Source: a virus (taxonomy: Duplodnaviria > Caudoviricetes). From it: 38,766 nucleotides of DNA. The position numbers and the translations under genes were made by a program. The notes beneath the pieces were generated by a model. The model did no database searches. It was given only the letters and a program-made list of their open reading frames with translations, and was not told where the DNA came from. Below are positions 35,974 through 38,766 of this stretch, piece after piece; within the stretch, counting starts at the first letter, position 1; every line of letters starts with the position of its first letter. The stretch is from positions 1-38,766 of the IMG/VR virus record IMGVR_UViG_3300002301_000036; one strand, written 5' to 3'.

Positions 35974-36001
35974 TTGACAGTCTAAATAATGTATGTATAC
36001 T
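35974..36001 (+). promoter_or_regulatory. sigma70 promoter (rightward, early)
   Basis: TTGACA-16-TATACT. Confidence 0.85.
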
Positions 36002-36268
36002 GATAGTTAGATTCAATCAAATAGATTGGATGGTCAATTAACAAGCAGGAGTGAACGCACGACAACCGACTAGCTCATAACGGCAGTCAACAGTCACTAG
36101 CTACTAGCTCTCTGCTTACTTTAACAAACTAGTAGCGATTAGAGGGACGCGTAAAGTGCTATCAGCCTTAAAACAAGTAGTTTAATGCGGTGTAGGCGAC
36201 ACTTTCAGCTTTATGGGCGGTCTTATCGCTATTAGTTACAGTTCAATAAATAATAAAATAAGGATAAT

Positions 36269-36439
36269 ATGCGTCTAACTTACGAATATCAATCAAAACA
36301 AGCTCAGACAAGCTCTATGTTGGTCACCGAACCAACTATAGACCCTATTAAGTTACTTGATGTAGTCTTAATTGTGGGGTTTGCGGTTCTGCTTAGTTGG
36401 GTGTTTCTTAGTTCAGCAGGATTATGGTTCGGTCAGTAA
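36269..36439 (+). CDS. small membrane protein (56 aa)
   Basis: AAGGA SD; VVLIVGFAVLLSWVFL TM segment. Confidence 0.65.
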   Translation: MRLTYEYQSKQAQTSSMLVTEPTIDPIKLLDVVLIVGFAVLLSWVFLSSAGLWFGQ

Positions 36440-36497
36440 CCTAAGTAAGTTGTAAAAAGACTAATTGTACCTTTAAGTTTAATTGTAGGTAGTAGGT

Positions 36498-36641
36498 ATT
36501 AGCCTGACTGAGAGGGTAATCCTTTGGGCTAAAGGTTGATATACGCTTATTGAACAGCGGGATAACTGACTAAAGTAGTTGTGTGAGGTCAGACACTCAA
36601 TACACAGCCACTCGTAGGTTCGAATCCTACGGCTAGTGCCA
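36498..36641 (+). tRNA. expanded tRNA-like RNA (144 nt), possibly tRNA-Ser derived
   Basis: 7-bp acceptor ATTAGCC/GGCTAGT, G discriminator, encoded CCA, T arm GTAGG-TTCGAAT-CCTAC, class II-like D arm with an insertion; anticodon arm ambiguous. Confidence 0.55.
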
Positions 36642-36683
36642 AGTGCCTACAATTTATCAGACTAAATAATATAAGGAGGAAAT

Positions 36684-36938
36684 ATGGCAGAAATAGAAGT
36701 AGAAAAGAGTGTAGGATTTTTGGAAGATTCAAAAATGTGGAGTATTACTCTACACACCGTAGAGCCTTATGGCGAGTTTCATCCTCGCATTATCTATGTA
36801 ACTGCCATTTTCCACAAAAACCTAGATAAAGCTCTCAAAATGGCTTGGGGAGAATTTAATAAATCTAAGCAGTTCCAAGATAATAACGATAAATTTACCC
36901 GAGAAAAACAAACTGAAACTATTTTAGTAACAGTCTAG
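36684..36938 (+). CDS. hypothetical early protein
   Basis: TAAGGAGG SD. Confidence 0.75.
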   Translation: MAEIEVEKSVGFLEDSKMWSITLHTVEPYGEFHPRIIYVTAIFHKNLDKALKMAWGEFNKSKQFQDNNDKFTREKQTETILVTV

Positions 36939-36977
36939 TCAGCAGTTCAGGAATGATAAATAAAGAAAGGATTTAGA

Positions 36978-37073
36978 ATGGTATTCATAATTTGTGCGAT
37001 TTTATTTGCATCTGGCTACTGGCTAGGAGTATTTATGGAACGTAAATATCCACGAAAGGGAATCTTTAAATAA
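36978..37073 (+). CDS. small membrane peptide (31 aa)
   Basis: AAGGA SD; MVFIICAILFASGYWLGVFMERKYPRKGIFK. Confidence 0.55.
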   Translation: MVFIICAILFASGYWLGVFMERKYPRKGIFK

Positions 37074-37084
37074 AGGAGGACAAT

Positions 37085-37261
37085 ATGAAAGAGCCAGAAA
37101 ATAATTTTGAGATTATAGAATCGCCCTTATTAGAAATAATAAGACTGGTTGCTCTTAATGGTGACAAACTAACGCCAAGCTTCCAAGATGCTGTAGCCCA
37201 GTTTTTGTTGCTTGAAACTACCCCAATTATAATAAATAAGGTAGTACCAAGAGCTAAATAA
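37085..37261 (+). CDS. hypothetical early protein (58 aa)
   Basis: AAGGAGG SD. Confidence 0.65.
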   Translation: MKEPENNFEIIESPLLEIIRLVALNGDKLTPSFQDAVAQFLLLETTPIIINKVVPRAK

Positions 37262-37631
37262 CTATGACTAAATAGGACTATAGTTATTGAGATGATTAAG
37301 CACGCTATTCTTTATCTATGCTGGATGGGTGTGGCAGTCGCATGTATCGTCTGTGATAGGGTTTTGTACGCAAGGTGAATAATAGCGTCCTCCCTACTAC
37401 TTAGTTCTGGGTTAAACGATTATAGAATACTTATCTTTAGCTACTGGTAGGTAAGTCGCATAGGCTAACCCCGCTGTTCTAGTTTGCTTCTAGTCCCTAA
37501 AACTACCCTCGCTTGTTGCCATAACTTATAAGTAAGAGCGTGGTTCATGGCCATTTAGACCCTCGGACACCACGAGCCTGTTATAAGTTATTGGTTGGCT
37601 TGAAAAAAGTGCTTGGCCAGTTGACAGGACA

Positions 37632-37690
37632 TGATATAATTAAAGTATCATTTCGAAGACAGCCCGAGATTTAATCGTCTCGGGTTTTTT
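37632..37690 (+). promoter_or_regulatory. promoter followed by a short leader and intrinsic terminator
   Basis: TGaTATAAT (37632-37640); GCCCGAGA tttaatcg TCTCGGGT TTTTT. Confidence 0.7.
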
Positions 37691-37762
37691 CGTTACCCTC
37701 AAATGACAGCCTTTTTGTTTCCATTTCGAAGACAAATCAGCTGTATTTAATCTACTCCAAGC

Positions 37763-37771
37763 TTATCCACA
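37763..37771 (+). promoter_or_regulatory. consensus DnaA box
   Basis: TTATCCACA, intergenic, 26 nt upstream of a TTGACA. Confidence 0.45.
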
Positions 37772-37797
37772 ATTCAAGTTTAGTTTTAACAATCTAT

Positions 37798-37826
37798 TTG
37801 ACACACACTAAGACATGGCGTACACT
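37798..37826 (+). promoter_or_regulatory. sigma70 promoter
   Basis: TTGACA-17-TACACT; ATG 37833 lies 6 nt downstream. Confidence 0.7.
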
Positions 37827-37832
37827 GTGACT

Positions 37833-38006
37833 ATGAGATTGAGTAAACAGAGGGGTTTAATCGAAGACATCAGGCAAGTACCAAAAGCCAAGCGTATTTT
37901 GGTAGATTTCCAGCCATCTAGCTTCTGGTCTATGAATATCAGAGGATTAGATGGCCAGTGGACGAGAACCTGGTATCCGATATATACATTTGGGGTAGAG
38001 ATATGA
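37833..38006 (+). CDS. hypothetical protein, leaderless
   Basis: ORF 37815..38006; start inferred from promoter position. Confidence 0.55.
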   Translation: MRLSKQRGLIEDIRQVPKAKRILVDFQPSSFWSMNIRGLDGQWTRTWYPIYTFGVEI

Positions 38007-38266
38007 GCAAGACAAAAGATTTACTACCCGACAACTACGATGAATTAGTCGATATGTGGAGCGAGGGTCTATTAACCCAAGACGAGTTTGACCAATTATT
38101 AGATGCTCTAAGTCCTAAGCGTTTGGAGACTAATCCTTCTACGGCTCGTGTATTAAAAGATGAGTATTTGGGTAGAGCTGAGAATAGGTGGCTTAAAAAG
38201 CCTCAATATCAGCGTCAAGAGCAAGATAATTGGGCAGGCGACCCAATGGAACAGGAGTTAGCATGA
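38003..38266 (+). CDS. hypothetical protein
   Basis: ATGA coupling; LVDMWSEGLLTQDEFD resembles a SHOCT-like motif. Confidence 0.6.
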   Translation: MSKTKDLLPDNYDELVDMWSEGLLTQDEFDQLLDALSPKRLETNPSTARVLKDEYLGRAENRWLKKPQYQRQEQDNWAGDPMEQELA

Positions 38267-38457
38267 GTGGAACTGTAGAGGGTGGATTGAAAGCTAGGGA
38301 CGCAAACATAGCTCTATACGGCAAGGACTACTACGCTAGAATCGGTGCTATCGGTGGTCGTAAGGGCACTACGGGAGGGTTTTATGCGAATCGTGAACTG
38401 GCCCGCATTGCGGGGGCGAAAGGTGGAAAAATATCTAAACGGGGTAGGGCAAAATGA
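38263..38457 (+). CDS. KGG-repeat / general-stress-like small basic protein
   Basis: MSGTVEGGLKA...YGKDYYARIGAIGG...GGFYANRELARIAGAKGG; AGGAG SD; recalled as a family common in Saccharibacteria. Confidence 0.8.
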   Translation: MSGTVEGGLKARDANIALYGKDYYARIGAIGGRKGTTGGFYANRELARIAGAKGGKISKRGRAK

Positions 38458-38726
38458 CCGTCAAACAACACATCCTTTACTTTCTGCAGACACATTCTGG
38501 GTTCGTGTCAGGGTCTGAGATAGAAAACCAGGCAAGAGACTGGCAGAGTAAGGCTTCGGTAATAAGTCGTAGATGCCGAGAGATGGTTAAGGCTGGCTTA
38601 ATAGAGCGGCGGTTGAACGACAGGCGAGCAGTTGAGTACCGATATATAAGAATCTTTGATAACAACTCAACGTGGAAGCAAAGATTAGACGCTAATAAAG
38701 AACTTAAGCAGGAGCAATTAATATAA
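38454..38726 (+). CDS. winged-helix DNA-binding protein
   Basis: KQHILYFL...SGSEIE...SVISRRCREMVKAGLIERR. Confidence 0.65.
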   Translation: MTVKQHILYFLQTHSGFVSGSEIENQARDWQSKASVISRRCREMVKAGLIERRLNDRRAVEYRYIRIFDNNSTWKQRLDANKELKQEQLI

Positions 38727-38766
38727 TGGAAACAACTTTTGAACTAAACACACCACAATGGTTTGA

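Noticed and set aside
36498-36641. tmRNA or canonical tRNA call
   Set aside because: Too short for tmRNA, no Ala-type GGGG/UCCACCA acceptor or tag frame; too long and irregular for a standard cloverleaf
1-38766. Alternative genetic code, DGR, integrase/att site or CRISPR array
   Set aside because: Hallmark genes are intact in code 11; no reverse transcriptase, recombinase or repeat-spacer array was seen

Overview
The window is most of a tailed (podovirus-like) phage genome. A KGG-type protein, a CPR-style wHTH and IS1595, and many near-leaderless genes suggest a Saccharibacteria/Patescibacteria host (inference). A long minus-strand late region runs TerS, TerL, Com-like zinc ribbon, portal, scaffold, major capsid, decoration proteins, a GT2/methyltransferase/GT2 cluster, fibres, adaptor, HNH, nozzle and ejection proteins, then small basic proteins, a beta-helix spike and lysis genes. 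It is interrupted by a plus-strand groES-groEL operon and by an intact 2056-bp IS1595-family element (8-bp target duplication, 23-bp inverted repeats, passenger genes, putative sRNA) inserted in the HNH gene. Plus-strand early genes occupy both ends, with strong sigma70 promoters, long RNA hairpins and an expanded tRNA-like element. No integrase or replication genes are visible. The most striking feature is a set of seven conserved units in front of late modules: -10 box, AGGCA-N7-9-UAGCCC, intrinsic terminator, then ATG. A Mu Com-like zinc-ribbon gene lies directly upstream of the first unit, making this a candidate RNA-level antitermination regulon. All product calls come from motif recognition and synteny, not from database searches.
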